Source of the DNA: Polyangia bacterium
GTDB lineage: Bacteria; Myxococcota_A; Polyangia; Fen-1088
NCBI GenBank assembly: GCA_035607055.1
Contig: DATNDC010000232.1
Span: 1,913 to 65,912 of the forward strand
Length of the DNA stretch: 64,000 nucleotides
Direction: 5' to 3'
A model generated the notes under the pieces. The model was given only the letters and a program-made list of their open reading frames with translations. It was not told where the DNA came from and did no database searches. Below are positions 10,837 to 20,125 of the stretch, one piece after another. Both the position numbers and the translations under genes were made by a program. Each line of letters starts with the position of its first letter. The first letter of the stretch is position 1.

Positions 10837-12363
10837 TCAGCTCGATCGGGGCCGGACATCGAAGACGTTGTACCCCCAGGGCGGCAGATCGAGGTAGAGT
10901 CCTTCGCGCCCGAGCGTGCGGCCGTCGCGCTCGTAGCGCGCCTCACCGGTGAGGTCGCTGAGGACCAACACGCCGTCACCGAGGCCCGAGAGCCCGACCT
11001 CGGCATAGCACTGCCCCTCGGTCGGCCCGTAGTTGACTGCCACCAGGAGGTCGCCGCCCTCCTTCCCGCTTTTCCGAGCGCCTTGCCAGCTGAAGACGAC
11101 GAAGTTGTCCCAGGTCGGGTTTCCCCCCCAGGCCGCGCGGCAGGCCGAGAGGCGCCAGACGCCGTCGTGCGCCTCGGGCCGCCGCAGGACCGCCAGCAGT
11201 CGTTCGTAAAACGCGCCCAGCGCGGCGTCCGGCTTCTCGGCCACGCGGCGCCCGAGATGGATCGAGGCGTGCGCCTTGCGGCCCTCGAACTGCCCCTCGT
11301 AGAAGAAGCGCAGGCCGGGCGCCAGGAACGAGATGACGGCGGCGGCGCGGTGGACGTCGGGCGGGAAGGTGGCGGCGGCGCGCGGCTCGTCGTGGTTTTC
11401 CAGGAAGTGGAGGGTGCGGTCGCGGAAGGCGGGCGCGGCCTGGAGGTGCTCGCGCACGGGGCGGGCGGCGCGCGCGCGCAGCCGGTCATAGAGCCGCTTG
11501 TCGTAGGTGAAGTCGAACCCCTCCTGCTGCAGCGGCCACTCGAGGTCCCAGTAGGCCTCGGCGACGAACAGGAACCCGGGGTGCCGCTTGCGGATGCGCG
11601 TGATCGCCTCGGGCCAGAACTGTCGATCGACGGGCGGCGTCCCGTCGCGCGGCCGCGCCCGGTCGCCCCAGGTGCGGGCGAAGACCTCCGGCTCGAGCAG
11701 CATCGCCATGTCGCAACGGACGCCGTCGGCGCGGTCGGCGATGCGACCGAGCTCGGCGATCATCGACTCGCGCAGCCCGCCGTGCCGGTAGTTGAGCTGC
11801 AGCGTATCGCTCCAGCCGGGGAAGTTGGGGTCGCGCCCGTGGGCGAAGATCTTGCGGCCGTGCACCGTCTCGACGGCGGCGTAGTTCTTCGGCTCGCGAC
11901 GGAGATCGTCCTCGGTCCCCTCGATGAGGTACTCCGGGTGCGTGTCCGTCCAGGGGTGGTCGAGCGCCACGTGGTTGGGGACGAAGTCGACCAGCAGGCG
12001 CTGCCCGCGCCGACCGAGGCGCTCGCGCAGGCGGGCCAGCGCCGCGTTGCCGCCGAAGTCGTCGTTGACGTCGTAGGCGACGACGGCGAACGGCGACCCG
12101 ACGATGTCGGCCTCGCGCACGTCGGGGAGGTCGACCGCCAGATCGGCGCGCATGTCGGGCGCGCGCGAGCAGCGTTGCCCCGCCGGGCCCGTTTGCCAGA
12201 GGCCCAGCATCCAGATCCAGCCGAGACCGCGGGCCGCCGCGCGGTCGAACAGATCATCCGGCAGATCGTCGAGCGTGGCGGGGCGCCCGCGCAGGGCCGC
12301 CGTTTCATTGACCGAGATGCGCGTGTTGATCTGGTACAGCGCCGGAAATCGCGGGTCCGTCAT
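10837..12363 (-). CDS. GH13 alpha-amylase-family glycoside hydrolase
   Basis: All four GH13 regions are visible: VDFVPNH, GVRCDMAMLL, FVAEAYWD and FLENHDEPR. Confidence 0.8.
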   Translation of the reverse strand: MTDPRFPALYQINTRISVNETAALRGRPATLDDLPDDLFDRAAARGLGWIWMLGLWQTGPAGQRCSRAPDMRADLAVDLPDVREADIVGSPFAVVAYDVNDDFGGNAALARLRERLGRRGQRLLVDFVPNHVALDHPWTDTHPEYLIEGTEDDLRREPKNYAAVETVHGRKIFAHGRDPNFPGWSDTLQLNYRHGGLRESMIAELGRIADRADGVRCDMAMLLEPEVFARTWGDRARPRDGTPPVDRQFWPEAITRIRKRHPGFLFVAEAYWDLEWPLQQEGFDFTYDKRLYDRLRARAARPVREHLQAAPAFRDRTLHFLENHDEPRAAATFPPDVHRAAAVISFLAPGLRFFYEGQFEGRKAHASIHLGRRVAEKPDAALGAFYERLLAVLRRPEAHDGVWRLSACRAAWGGNPTWDNFVVFSWQGARKSGKEGGDLLVAVNYGPTEGQCYAEVGLSGLGDGVLVLSDLTGEARYERDGRTLGREGLYLDLPPWGYNVFDVRPRSS

Positions 12364-12387
12364 GGCGGCTCGCGCCGAACGTAATCA

Positions 12388-14004
12388 CTATTTGCTCGCG
12401 GCGTGAGCGGGCGGATTGGCCAGCCAGGCGCCGAAGGCGTCGATCAGCGTCTCGGGCGGCAGCCGATCGAACGACTTCACCAGCCAGTCCATCGCCTGCG
12501 CGTGTCGCTGGGCGTGCAGCAGCGCCTTGAATCCCTGCAGGCCGAGCGCGGGATCAGCCATCAACGGAATCAGCTCGTTCACGTCGGCGTTGGCATAGAC
12601 GATCCGGCGCGCCTCGGGCGAGGCGTAAGGGTCCTTCTTGACCGCGGCGGCGGCGGGTTGATAAAGCGCGCGCCCCGCGGCGTCGGTGCGCTGGGCCAGC
12701 GCCGCCAGCACCGGCGTGCGCAGGCCGGGATCGTTGCGCTTCTGCATCTTGGCCAAAAGATCGAGTGAGCCCGCCGAGGTCTGCTTGCCGAGCTCGGGCG
12801 CCATCGCCGCCAGCGGCTGCGGCTCGCGCGCCTTCATGAGCGGCATGAGGTAATCGATCGCCAGGTCGCCGCAGGCGCGCACCAGCCCGGCGGCCACCGC
12901 GGCGCGCACCTCGACCGAAGGATCCTTCACCAGCGGCTGCAGGCGGTAGAGCGTGGGCCGCCCGCCGCCCGGCCGGGCGAACGCCGTCGCGGCGGCGGCG
13001 CGCAGGCGCGCGTCGCTGTCACCGAGCGCGTTCAGCGCCGGACGGCGCGCGCTCGGCGGGCTCACCACCGCCAGCGTCCTCAGCACCTCGGCCCGCACGG
13101 GCGCCGGGAGCGCATCTGCCTTCAGCAGATCGCCGAGCGCCGCCACGCACGGCGAACCGCTCGGCAGCTCGGCGCCCCCGAGCGTCAGGATGCGGGTGGC
13201 GGCCAGGATCCCGTCGGGGTTGGCCGCCGAGAGGCGCGGGCGCACCAGGGCGCAGAGGTCGACCTTGAGCGCCGCCAGCGCGGGCGCCGCCAGCGCCACC
13301 GTGTCGGGGCGGTCGAGCGCCGGTCGCAAACGGTTGGCTTGGCGAGCGTCGCCGATCTGCGCCAGCGCGGCGGCGGCGCGCGCGTCGAGCGCCGGATCGG
13401 GCTGCGGCCGCGACAACCAGGCACGCGCGAAGGTCGACATCGCGCTCGCGTCGCCGTGGCGCGTGTAACGCGCCACGCGGAGCAGCGCCTCTTTGATCCG
13501 CCCCTGGATGAACAGCCGCGGCAGCGCCTCGGCGAGCGGCGCCTCGACGCGCCGGACCTCGCCCCCCGAGCAGAGGCGGGCGTCGCGGGCGAAGATCCAG
13601 CGGAAGTGCGCGACGCCGTCGTCGCCGTAGACGTCGATGGGCGGGACCGGGAACGGGCGGTCCCCCTTGACGGCGCCGACGGCCGCCTCGTCGAAGGCCC
13701 CGACACCCGAGCTGCGGGTCACCGTCACCTCGGCGGGGCTGCCGTCCCAGCGGACCGTGAACAGCAGCTCGGCTTCCAGGGAGGGGTTGTTGAGCGGGTC
13801 GGTGGGCGGGCGCTTGGCCGCCACTTCCTCGATGAACATGTAGGCCCAACGAAAATGGATCGTGCGGTGGATCGTCCGCAGGTAGTCGCCCTCGGCGCCG
13901 GTCGCGGTGATGGGCGGCTCCGCCGCGGGAGCGGCGGCCCGTGCCCCGGCGGCCCCGGCGCACACCGCCACGAGACCCAGTGCCAGCGGAAGAAAACGGC
14001 GCAT
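12388..14004 (-). CDS. secreted protein with TonB-C-like N-terminal domain and HEAT/ARM-like helical repeats
   Basis: Start placed at the second Met (signal peptide MRRFLPLALGLVAVCAGAAGARA). The segment YLRTIHRTIHFRWAY...AELLFTVRWDGSPAEVTVTRSSG...FDEAAVGAV resembles a TonB C-terminal fold. The remaining ~380 aa are Ala/Leu/Arg-rich helical repeats. Confidence 0.5.
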   Translation of the reverse strand: MRRFLPLALGLVAVCAGAAGARAAAPAAEPPITATGAEGDYLRTIHRTIHFRWAYMFIEEVAAKRPPTDPLNNPSLEAELLFTVRWDGSPAEVTVTRSSGVGAFDEAAVGAVKGDRPFPVPPIDVYGDDGVAHFRWIFARDARLCSGGEVRRVEAPLAEALPRLFIQGRIKEALLRVARYTRHGDASAMSTFARAWLSRPQPDPALDARAAAALAQIGDARQANRLRPALDRPDTVALAAPALAALKVDLCALVRPRLSAANPDGILAATRILTLGGAELPSGSPCVAALGDLLKADALPAPVRAEVLRTLAVVSPPSARRPALNALGDSDARLRAAAATAFARPGGGRPTLYRLQPLVKDPSVEVRAAVAAGLVRACGDLAIDYLMPLMKAREPQPLAAMAPELGKQTSAGSLDLLAKMQKRNDPGLRTPVLAALAQRTDAAGRALYQPAAAAVKKDPYASPEARRIVYANADVNELIPLMADPALGLQGFKALLHAQRHAQAMDWLVKSFDRLPPETLIDAFGAWLANPPAHAASK

Positions 14005-14016
14005 ATTGACGGGGCG

Positions 14017-15411
14017 ATGAGACATCGAAGACGGGGGGAGAGAGGTTACTCCCTATCGACGCGCGCCGTCCATGCGATCTGCCTCACCGGAGCTCTCGCC
14101 GCCGCCGGCATCGTGACGGCGGCAAAGGGAAAAGAGGCGCCGCCGTCGCCGCCGCCGCCGTCGCCGTCGCCCTTCTTCGACTACCGCCAGGAGCGCCCCG
14201 GCGCCTCGCACGAGATCACGCCGGCGGATCTCCCCCCGCCCGACGCCGCCGAGTCGGTCGACAACGGTCCCCGGCTGATCCCGCGCCCGGCGCGCGCCTG
14301 GCCGGCGGCGCCGCCGGGGTTTCGGGTCGACCTCTACGCCGACGGGCTCCAGAACCCGCGGCTCATTCGCACGGCGCCGAACGGCGACGTCTTGGTGGCG
14401 GAGAGTGACCCGGGCCGGATCCGCCTCCTGCGCGGCGTGGGCAAGGACGGCCGCGCCCTCGAGAATCACGTCTTTGCCTCGGGACTGCACCAGCCCTTCG
14501 GCATCGCCCTCTATCCGGCGGGGAGCGATCCGCGCTGGATCTACGTCGGCAACACCGACTCGGTGGTCCGCTTTCCCTACGCGAGCGGCGATCTGCTCGC
14601 CCGCGGCCCCGCGGAGACGGTCACCGACGACATCCCCGGCGGCGGGCGGCTGCGCGGCGGCGGCCACTGGACGCGCGATCTGGCCTTCTCGCGCGACGGC
14701 CAGACGCTGTACGTCTCGGTCGGGTCACGTTCGAACAACGACGACAACCCGGCCGAATATCACCGCGCCGACATCCTGGCGTTCGATCTACAAAAGGGGC
14801 AGGCCGACTCCCATCGGGAGCGGGTGTTCGCCTGGGGGATCCGCAACGCCGTCGGCATCGCCGTCCATCCGGTGAGCGGCGAGCTGTGGGCGTCGGTGAA
14901 CGAGCGCGATCGGCTGGGCGACAACCTGGTCCCCGACTACATCACCCACGTCGAGCCGGGCGGCTTCTACGGCTGGCCCTGGTTCTACATCGGTGGAAAC
15001 TACGATCCGCGCCACGCCGGCAAGCACCCCGAGCTGCGCGCCAAGGTCGCCCTCCCCGACGTGCTGCTGCAGCCGCACGACGCCTCGCTGCAGATGACGT
15101 TCTACGACGGCGGGCAGTTTCCGGCGGAATACCGGGGCGACATCTTCGCCGCGCAGCACGGCTCGTGGAACCGGAAGGTGCGCTCCGGGTATGAAGTGGT
15201 TCGGGTGCCGATGCACGGCCGCGCGCGCGCGACGGGCGAGTACGAGGACTTTCTGACCGGCTTCGTCTCTCCCGGCGGCGACGTCTGGGGGCGTCCGGTC
15301 GGCGTGGCGGTCGCCAAGGACGGCGCGCTCCTGGTGAGCGACGACGGATCGAACGCCGTCTGGCGCGTCAGCCACCTCGGCGCCGGCAAGGCGGAGAAGA
15401 AGAAGAAATGA
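14017..15411 (+). CDS. PQQ-dependent sugar (glucose/sorbosone) dehydrogenase family beta-propeller
   Basis: GGHWTRDLAFSRDGQTLYVSVGSRSN and WGIRNAVGIAVHP...NERDRLGDNLVPDYITHVEPGGFYGWPW are typical GSDH-family segments. The track ORF part upstream of 14017 is antisense to the previous gene. The start is only 12 bp from the divergent start at 14004. Confidence 0.7.
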   Translation: MRHRRRGERGYSLSTRAVHAICLTGALAAAGIVTAAKGKEAPPSPPPPSPSPFFDYRQERPGASHEITPADLPPPDAAESVDNGPRLIPRPARAWPAAPPGFRVDLYADGLQNPRLIRTAPNGDVLVAESDPGRIRLLRGVGKDGRALENHVFASGLHQPFGIALYPAGSDPRWIYVGNTDSVVRFPYASGDLLARGPAETVTDDIPGGGRLRGGGHWTRDLAFSRDGQTLYVSVGSRSNNDDNPAEYHRADILAFDLQKGQADSHRERVFAWGIRNAVGIAVHPVSGELWASVNERDRLGDNLVPDYITHVEPGGFYGWPWFYIGGNYDPRHAGKHPELRAKVALPDVLLQPHDASLQMTFYDGGQFPAEYRGDIFAAQHGSWNRKVRSGYEVVRVPMHGRARATGEYEDFLTGFVSPGGDVWGRPVGVAVAKDGALLVSDDGSNAVWRVSHLGAGKAEKKKK

Positions 15412-15542
15412 TCAGCGGTCATTCGTCGCCGGTCGGCGGTCGCTGCGGAAGCGCGCCTCGGACTTCAAGGTACCGCCGCTCCTGTTTCCGGCACCTTTCC
15501 CGCAGGAAAATTCGCGGCAAGCAGCGCGGCCATGGCGGCGCT

Positions 15543-16832
15543 TCAGTTGCCGGTGGGCGCCGCGATCTTCCCGGTCCCGCCGCAGGCCTGGACCAGCGCG
15601 GGGACGCTCTTCGGCGAGTCCGGGATGTACTGGTCTTTGTAGGGGAGCGGGACTGTCGCGTTGGCGGTGGTCAGGAAGGGCTGCCCGGAAGAGGTGAAGA
15701 CGTTGGCCTGCGGGTCGAACTGGAGGGTTCCCGCCGTGGCGCCGTCGAGGAGCGTCGTCACCGGGCCGTAGTCGGCGTTGTTCTGCACCTCGGTCACGTC
15801 CTGGAAGTTGCAGGCCTCGATGACCACCGACGCGCCGTCCGTCGAGGCGACACCGTAGTCGGTGATCTGGTCGAAGAAACAGTTGAGGACGTGGACGGTG
15901 CCAAAGCGGATGCGCGGCCCGTTTCCGACGTTGTTGAACCAGTCGTGGTCGAAGGTGACGTGGTCCTTCCCCGCGTCCTGGGCGGCCGCCGCGCTGCTGT
16001 CTGATCGTCCGATGAGGCCGGTGGCGGCGTGGTCGTGGTAGCGCGTCCAGGAGACGGTCACGAAGTCGCTGCCGTCGGAGATGTCGACGAGCCCGTCGTA
16101 CGACGCGCCCGCGTCCATGGTCGGCCCGTTCGACGACAGGTCGCAGTGATCGATCCAGATCTGGTGCGACCCCTCGATGTGAACGGCGTCGACGTTGTCC
16201 GTCGAGTCGTCGCTGTTCGGCATGGCAATGACCAGGTTCTGGAGGACGACGTTGGAGACGTCGGTCAGCGTCAGCCCGCCGCCGGTGAAGCCCGATCCGG
16301 ATCCGTTCTTGGCGGGGTCCGACAACACGTTGGCGCCGATGACGGTCTTGTTCGACGAGACGCGGATCTTCTGCACGTCGCCGCTGCCGCCGTCGAGCGG
16401 CGGCGGGATGCTGATCATTCCCTTGACGACGATGGTGAGGGGGCCGGGCATCTTGTCGCCCGCGTACATGGAGAACCGGGCCAGGGCGTCGCTGTCAGTG
16501 GCGTCCACCACGACGGTCGTCCCGCCGTCGAGCGGGCCGCCGCCCGTGGTCCCGGCGTCGAGCTGGAGCTGCGGCATTCCGGTCGTGCCGGCGTCCCATT
16601 CACCGCCCACGTCGCTCACGGTGGCGAACCCCATGATCCCCGATGGGCAGTCGCCGACAGGGACCGAGACGTCTGGAACCGATGCGTCGCCCGGAACGCC
16701 GGAATCCGAGGTCGGGTCGGGGACGAACCGAAGCGGGTAGAGATCGTTCTTGCAGCTCACGAGGACGAGCGCCAGGAAGATGACCGCCTGGTGGTGGAAG
16801 GTGGGGCCGCGGGCCACCCCTCCATAGTACAT
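15543..16832 (-). CDS. pectate lyase, PL1 family, lipoprotein
   Basis: WIDHCDLS, DGLVDISDGSDFVTVSW and GPRIRFGTVHVLNCFF match PL1 catalytic-region motifs. Start placed at the Met giving MYYGG...VIFLALVLVSC (lipobox-like). Confidence 0.8.
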   Translation of the reverse strand: MYYGGVARGPTFHHQAVIFLALVLVSCKNDLYPLRFVPDPTSDSGVPGDASVPDVSVPVGDCPSGIMGFATVSDVGGEWDAGTTGMPQLQLDAGTTGGGPLDGGTTVVVDATDSDALARFSMYAGDKMPGPLTIVVKGMISIPPPLDGGSGDVQKIRVSSNKTVIGANVLSDPAKNGSGSGFTGGGLTLTDVSNVVLQNLVIAMPNSDDSTDNVDAVHIEGSHQIWIDHCDLSSNGPTMDAGASYDGLVDISDGSDFVTVSWTRYHDHAATGLIGRSDSSAAAAQDAGKDHVTFDHDWFNNVGNGPRIRFGTVHVLNCFFDQITDYGVASTDGASVVIEACNFQDVTEVQNNADYGPVTTLLDGATAGTLQFDPQANVFTSSGQPFLTTANATVPLPYKDQYIPDSPKSVPALVQACGGTGKIAAPTGN

Positions 16833-16963
16833 AGAGCCGCCGACGCGGGTAGGTGAACCGCGCGAGGAGGTCCCGGACACTCACCGTCCGGTAGGCACGA
16901 ATGTCGTTGCAAGTTGGACCAGGACGGCCGGCGCGGATCTCCCGCGAGCCCGTTGGAGTGCGA

Positions 16964-17722
16964 ATGACGCAGCGCGCGTTACGCCGCCCGGTCGATCCGA
17001 CGGGGACAAGAACCGGAGCCCCAGGTAAACTACTGAATGTGCCGTCCCCCACCGGCCTGCGCGCGGACGGCCGCCAGCACCCTCCCGCTGCGGTCGCGCC
17101 CGAGACGCCGAAGCCCTCGCCTCCGGTCGTTGCGGGACCCTACGCCGACGACGCGGAATTGGTGGCGGCGCTTCGCCGCGGTGAGACACGGGCGCAGACC
17201 ACCTTGGTCGAACGTTACGAGCCCTTGGTCGAGCGGCTGGTCGCCGGCGCCCTGGGGATCGACGCCGAGATTCCGGATGTCGTCCAGGACGTTTTCGTGG
17301 CGGTGCTCGAGGGTGTCCACAACCTCAAGGATGCTTCGGCCTTGCGGAGCTGGATCGCCACGCTGACCGTCTTCACCGCCCGCGGCCGCATTCGCCGCCG
17401 CCGTCGCTGGCGCTGGATCCGGTTCGTGGCGCCTGAGGAGGTTCCCGAGGTCCCGGTCGCCGCGCCGCAGGGCGATACCCACGAAGCGGTGCGGGCGACC
17501 TACGCGATCCTGGCCGACTTCCCGCCGGACGAGCGGCTGGCATTTTCGCTGCGGTTCGTCTCGGAGATGCAGCTCACGGAAGTGGCCGAGGCCTGCCGGG
17601 TGTCGCTGGCGACGGTCAAGCGACGGCTCGCGCGTGCCGAAAAGCGCTTCGTGGAGGCGGCCCGCTCCCATCCGGCACTGAACGACCGCATGATCCAGGG
17701 AGGGCGGTGGGGGGAATCATGA
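16964..17722 (+). CDS. ECF-type RNA polymerase sigma-70 factor with Pro-rich N-terminal extension
   Basis: Region 2 (LVERYEPLVERLVAGAL...DVVQDVFVAVL) and region 4 (LRFVSEMQLTEVAEACRVSLATVKRRLARAEKRF) are recognisable. The ATG at 16964 has GGAG about 6 nt upstream. The stop overlaps the next start (ATGA). Confidence 0.85.
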   Translation: MTQRALRRPVDPTGTRTGAPGKLLNVPSPTGLRADGRQHPPAAVAPETPKPSPPVVAGPYADDAELVAALRRGETRAQTTLVERYEPLVERLVAGALGIDAEIPDVVQDVFVAVLEGVHNLKDASALRSWIATLTVFTARGRIRRRRRWRWIRFVAPEEVPEVPVAAPQGDTHEAVRATYAILADFPPDERLAFSLRFVSEMQLTEVAEACRVSLATVKRRLARAEKRFVEAARSHPALNDRMIQGGRWGES

Positions 17723-19002
17723 ACCGGGAGCTGAGAATGAACGGGGAGCTCGAGTCGTTGCTGCGCGACGTCGGCCGCGTCGTCGAGGGCGACGCCCGCC
17801 GGAGGAACATCCTGCCGCAGGTCCAGGCCCGCCTGGCGGCGCGCCAGATCCTTGGCACCGGCCGCGCGTCGAGGGCGGTGCGCTGGAGCTTTGCGCTCGG
17901 CGGTCTCGCCGCCTGCGCCGCCGCGGCGCTGCTCGTCTTGCGGCCGCAACCGATCTCCTACGCGGTCTCGGGCGCCGAGGGGTCCGTCGGGACGCCGCTG
18001 GTTGCGCCGGTCTCGGCCCCGCTCGCGCTCCGCTTCTCGGACGGCTCGGCGGTCACCCTCCCGCCGCGCGCCGTCGCCCACGTCGACGCGCTCGATCGCG
18101 AGGGTGCGACGGTGGCGATCGAGGAAGGGACGCTCGAGGTCTCGGTCATCCATCGCGCGCACACCCACTGGCAGGTGCGGGCAGGCGACTACCGGATCCA
18201 GGTGACGGGCACGCGCTTCGCCGCCGGGTGGGACCGCTCGACCCGCGCGCTGACGGTGTCGATGCACGAAGGTTCGGTGCTGGTCAGCGGCCCGGGGCTC
18301 AAGGAGCCGGTTCGGGTGGTGACCGGCCAGCGGCTCCGAGCCAGTGCGACAGGCGCCGACCTCGGGCTCGAGAACGAGCCGGTGGTCGTTCCCGCCGAAC
18401 CGGCCGCGGAAGCGCCCGCCGCGTCTCCGCCCGCGCCGACGCTGGCGCCGCCTTCCGCGGAGATCGCGCCGGCCTCCGAGCGCGCCTCGGCCCCACGCAC
18501 CCGCCACGTCGAGGTCGCGGCGCATGCGCCCGCGCCCGCGCCCAGTACGGCCGACTGGCGCACCGAGGCGGCGCGCGCGCAGTACCACGAGGCGCTGGCG
18601 GCCGCCGTGCTCGAGGGGTGGCGAGCCGAGTGCGCGCGGCTGGGCGCCGACGATCTGGTCCTGCTGGGCGACGTCGCCCGGCTGGCGGGCGATCTCGATC
18701 GCGCCGAGGAGGCCTACCGATCGGCGCGCCGCCGCTTCCCCGAGTCCGACCGTCCCACGTTCGCGCTCGGGCTCATCGCCTTCGAGGGCCGGCACAACTA
18801 CAAGTTGGCCGGTGATCTGTTCGCCGGCTACCTCCGCTCGTTCCCGCGCGGCCCGCTGGCGCGCGAAGCGGCCGGTCGCCTGATCGAGTCGCGGCTCAGA
18901 GCGGGCGACGACGCGCAGGCGCGTCAGGCCGCGGCCACTTACCTGCATGATTTCCCCGGCGGGCCGCACGCCGCCCTGGCTAAGCGCACGGTCGGACCGT
19001 GA
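17719..19002 (+). CDS. FecR-family transmembrane anti-sigma factor with C-terminal TPR-like helical module
   Basis: ATGA overlap with the sigma gene. One TM segment (WSFALGGLAACAAAALLVL). FecR-like beta segment HWQVRAGDYRIQVTGTRFAAGWDRSTRALTVSMHEGSVLVSG. C-terminal helical repeats (YLRSFPRGPLAREAA...YLHDFPGGPHAALA). Confidence 0.8.
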   Translation: MNRELRMNGELESLLRDVGRVVEGDARRRNILPQVQARLAARQILGTGRASRAVRWSFALGGLAACAAAALLVLRPQPISYAVSGAEGSVGTPLVAPVSAPLALRFSDGSAVTLPPRAVAHVDALDREGATVAIEEGTLEVSVIHRAHTHWQVRAGDYRIQVTGTRFAAGWDRSTRALTVSMHEGSVLVSGPGLKEPVRVVTGQRLRASATGADLGLENEPVVVPAEPAAEAPAASPPAPTLAPPSAEIAPASERASAPRTRHVEVAAHAPAPAPSTADWRTEAARAQYHEALAAAVLEGWRAECARLGADDLVLLGDVARLAGDLDRAEEAYRSARRRFPESDRPTFALGLIAFEGRHNYKLAGDLFAGYLRSFPRGPLAREAAGRLIESRLRAGDDAQARQAAATYLHDFPGGPHAALAKRTVGP

Positions 19003-20057
19003 TCCGCGGCCGCGGCGGCGCCTGCGCCGCCGTCGCCATCGCTCTGCTCGCCTTCGGTCGCTCGGGCGTGGCGGCGCTCGACGTGCCGGGCGCGCCGCCG
19101 GGGCCGATCCGCGTGGCGCTCCTCTCGACCACCCCCGACGATCCGCTGGCGGGCCGGCTCGAGGCCGAGCTGGGCACGATCGGTGTCGACGTGTCGCGCT
19201 CGGTCGTCTCGCCCGCGACGAGGATCGAAGACCAGGTGCGGGAGGCGCTGGCCGGCGGCGCCCGCGCCGTGATCGTGGCCGACGGTCATCGGACCGACGT
19301 CTGGATCGCGGAACCGGGCTCCAGCAAGGTCGGCCTCCGTCAGGAGCTGGAGGTCGACCAGGACTCCGGCCAGCAAGCGATCCTGGCCTTTCGGACGGTC
19401 GAGTTCTTGCGCATCAGCCTGGGGTTGGTGAGCGAGCCCGCCGCGGCGCCGGTGGTCTCGCCCCCGGTCGTGGCCAAGCGCGCCCCCGCGCCGCCTCCGC
19501 CCCCGAAGCGCTGGCTGACGGCCGACGCCATGGGTGGCGCGCTCGTCAGCAGCGGTGGCGGCGGCGGCACGATCGCGGTCGCCGGTATCGGCCTGCGCGC
19601 GCAGCTCTCCGGCGTGATCGGCGCCGAGCTCTGCCTCTACGCGCCGCTGACGCAGGCGCTGTCCAGCGACGCGCCGAGCGCTGTCCACACCTCGGTCTGG
19701 ATGGCCGGCGGCGGCGTCTTGCTGGCGCCACACCCCGAGCGCCGCGTCTCCGTCGAGATCGCCGCCGGAACGATGGCGGCCCTCATCCGGACGACGGGCA
19801 CTTCAAGCCACAGCACCACGCTCGAGGGCACATTCGACGGCGGCACCGATCAGACCGTGAGGCCCGTGGTCTACGGTCGCGGCGCGGCCCGCGTGCGGTT
19901 GGTCTCGCAGCTGTCGTTGCGCATCGATCTCTTCGGCGGCGCCGTGATCAGCCCCCCGACGCTCAAGGCGAGCGGGATGCCGTCCACGGTGCAACCAGTG
20001 GGGACGTGGGGACCGGCCTTCGCCGCCGGCCTCGGTGGCGCCGAGCTGCAGTTCTAG
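18999..20057 (+). CDS. secreted protein: N-terminal domain, Pro-rich linker, putative small outer-membrane beta-barrel
   Basis: GTGA overlap with the anti-sigma stop. Signal peptide MIRGRGGACAAVAIALLAFGRSGVAA. Linker APAPPPPPK. The C-terminal ~200 aa are Gly/Ala/Ser-rich with alternating hydrophobics and end in GGAELQF (terminal Phe). Confidence 0.55.
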   Translation: MIRGRGGACAAVAIALLAFGRSGVAALDVPGAPPGPIRVALLSTTPDDPLAGRLEAELGTIGVDVSRSVVSPATRIEDQVREALAGGARAVIVADGHRTDVWIAEPGSSKVGLRQELEVDQDSGQQAILAFRTVEFLRISLGLVSEPAAAPVVSPPVVAKRAPAPPPPPKRWLTADAMGGALVSSGGGGGTIAVAGIGLRAQLSGVIGAELCLYAPLTQALSSDAPSAVHTSVWMAGGGVLLAPHPERRVSVEIAAGTMAALIRTTGTSSHSTTLEGTFDGGTDQTVRPVVYGRGAARVRLVSQLSLRIDLFGGAVISPPTLKASGMPSTVQPVGTWGPAFAAGLGGAELQF

Positions 20058-20125
20058 CGCGTCGCGCTCGTGACGCTCCGCCGGCCTGAGCCGCCGGGCA
20101 CCGACGGGAACACTGATCCCGCGTC

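Noticed and set aside
13339-14016. N-terminal extension of the PQQ-dehydrogenase ORF (track 13339..15411)
   Set aside because: It is antisense to the TonB-C/HEAT gene and low-complexity. A sensible N-terminus with a hydrophobic segment begins at ATG 14017.
16833-16963. ECF-type promoter (GGAAC-N16/17-CGT) upstream of the first sigma gene, and likewise at 37738-37782
   Set aside because: I found GAACC-like pentamers but no correctly spaced CGT-type -10 element by eye. A motif search across the regulon would be needed.
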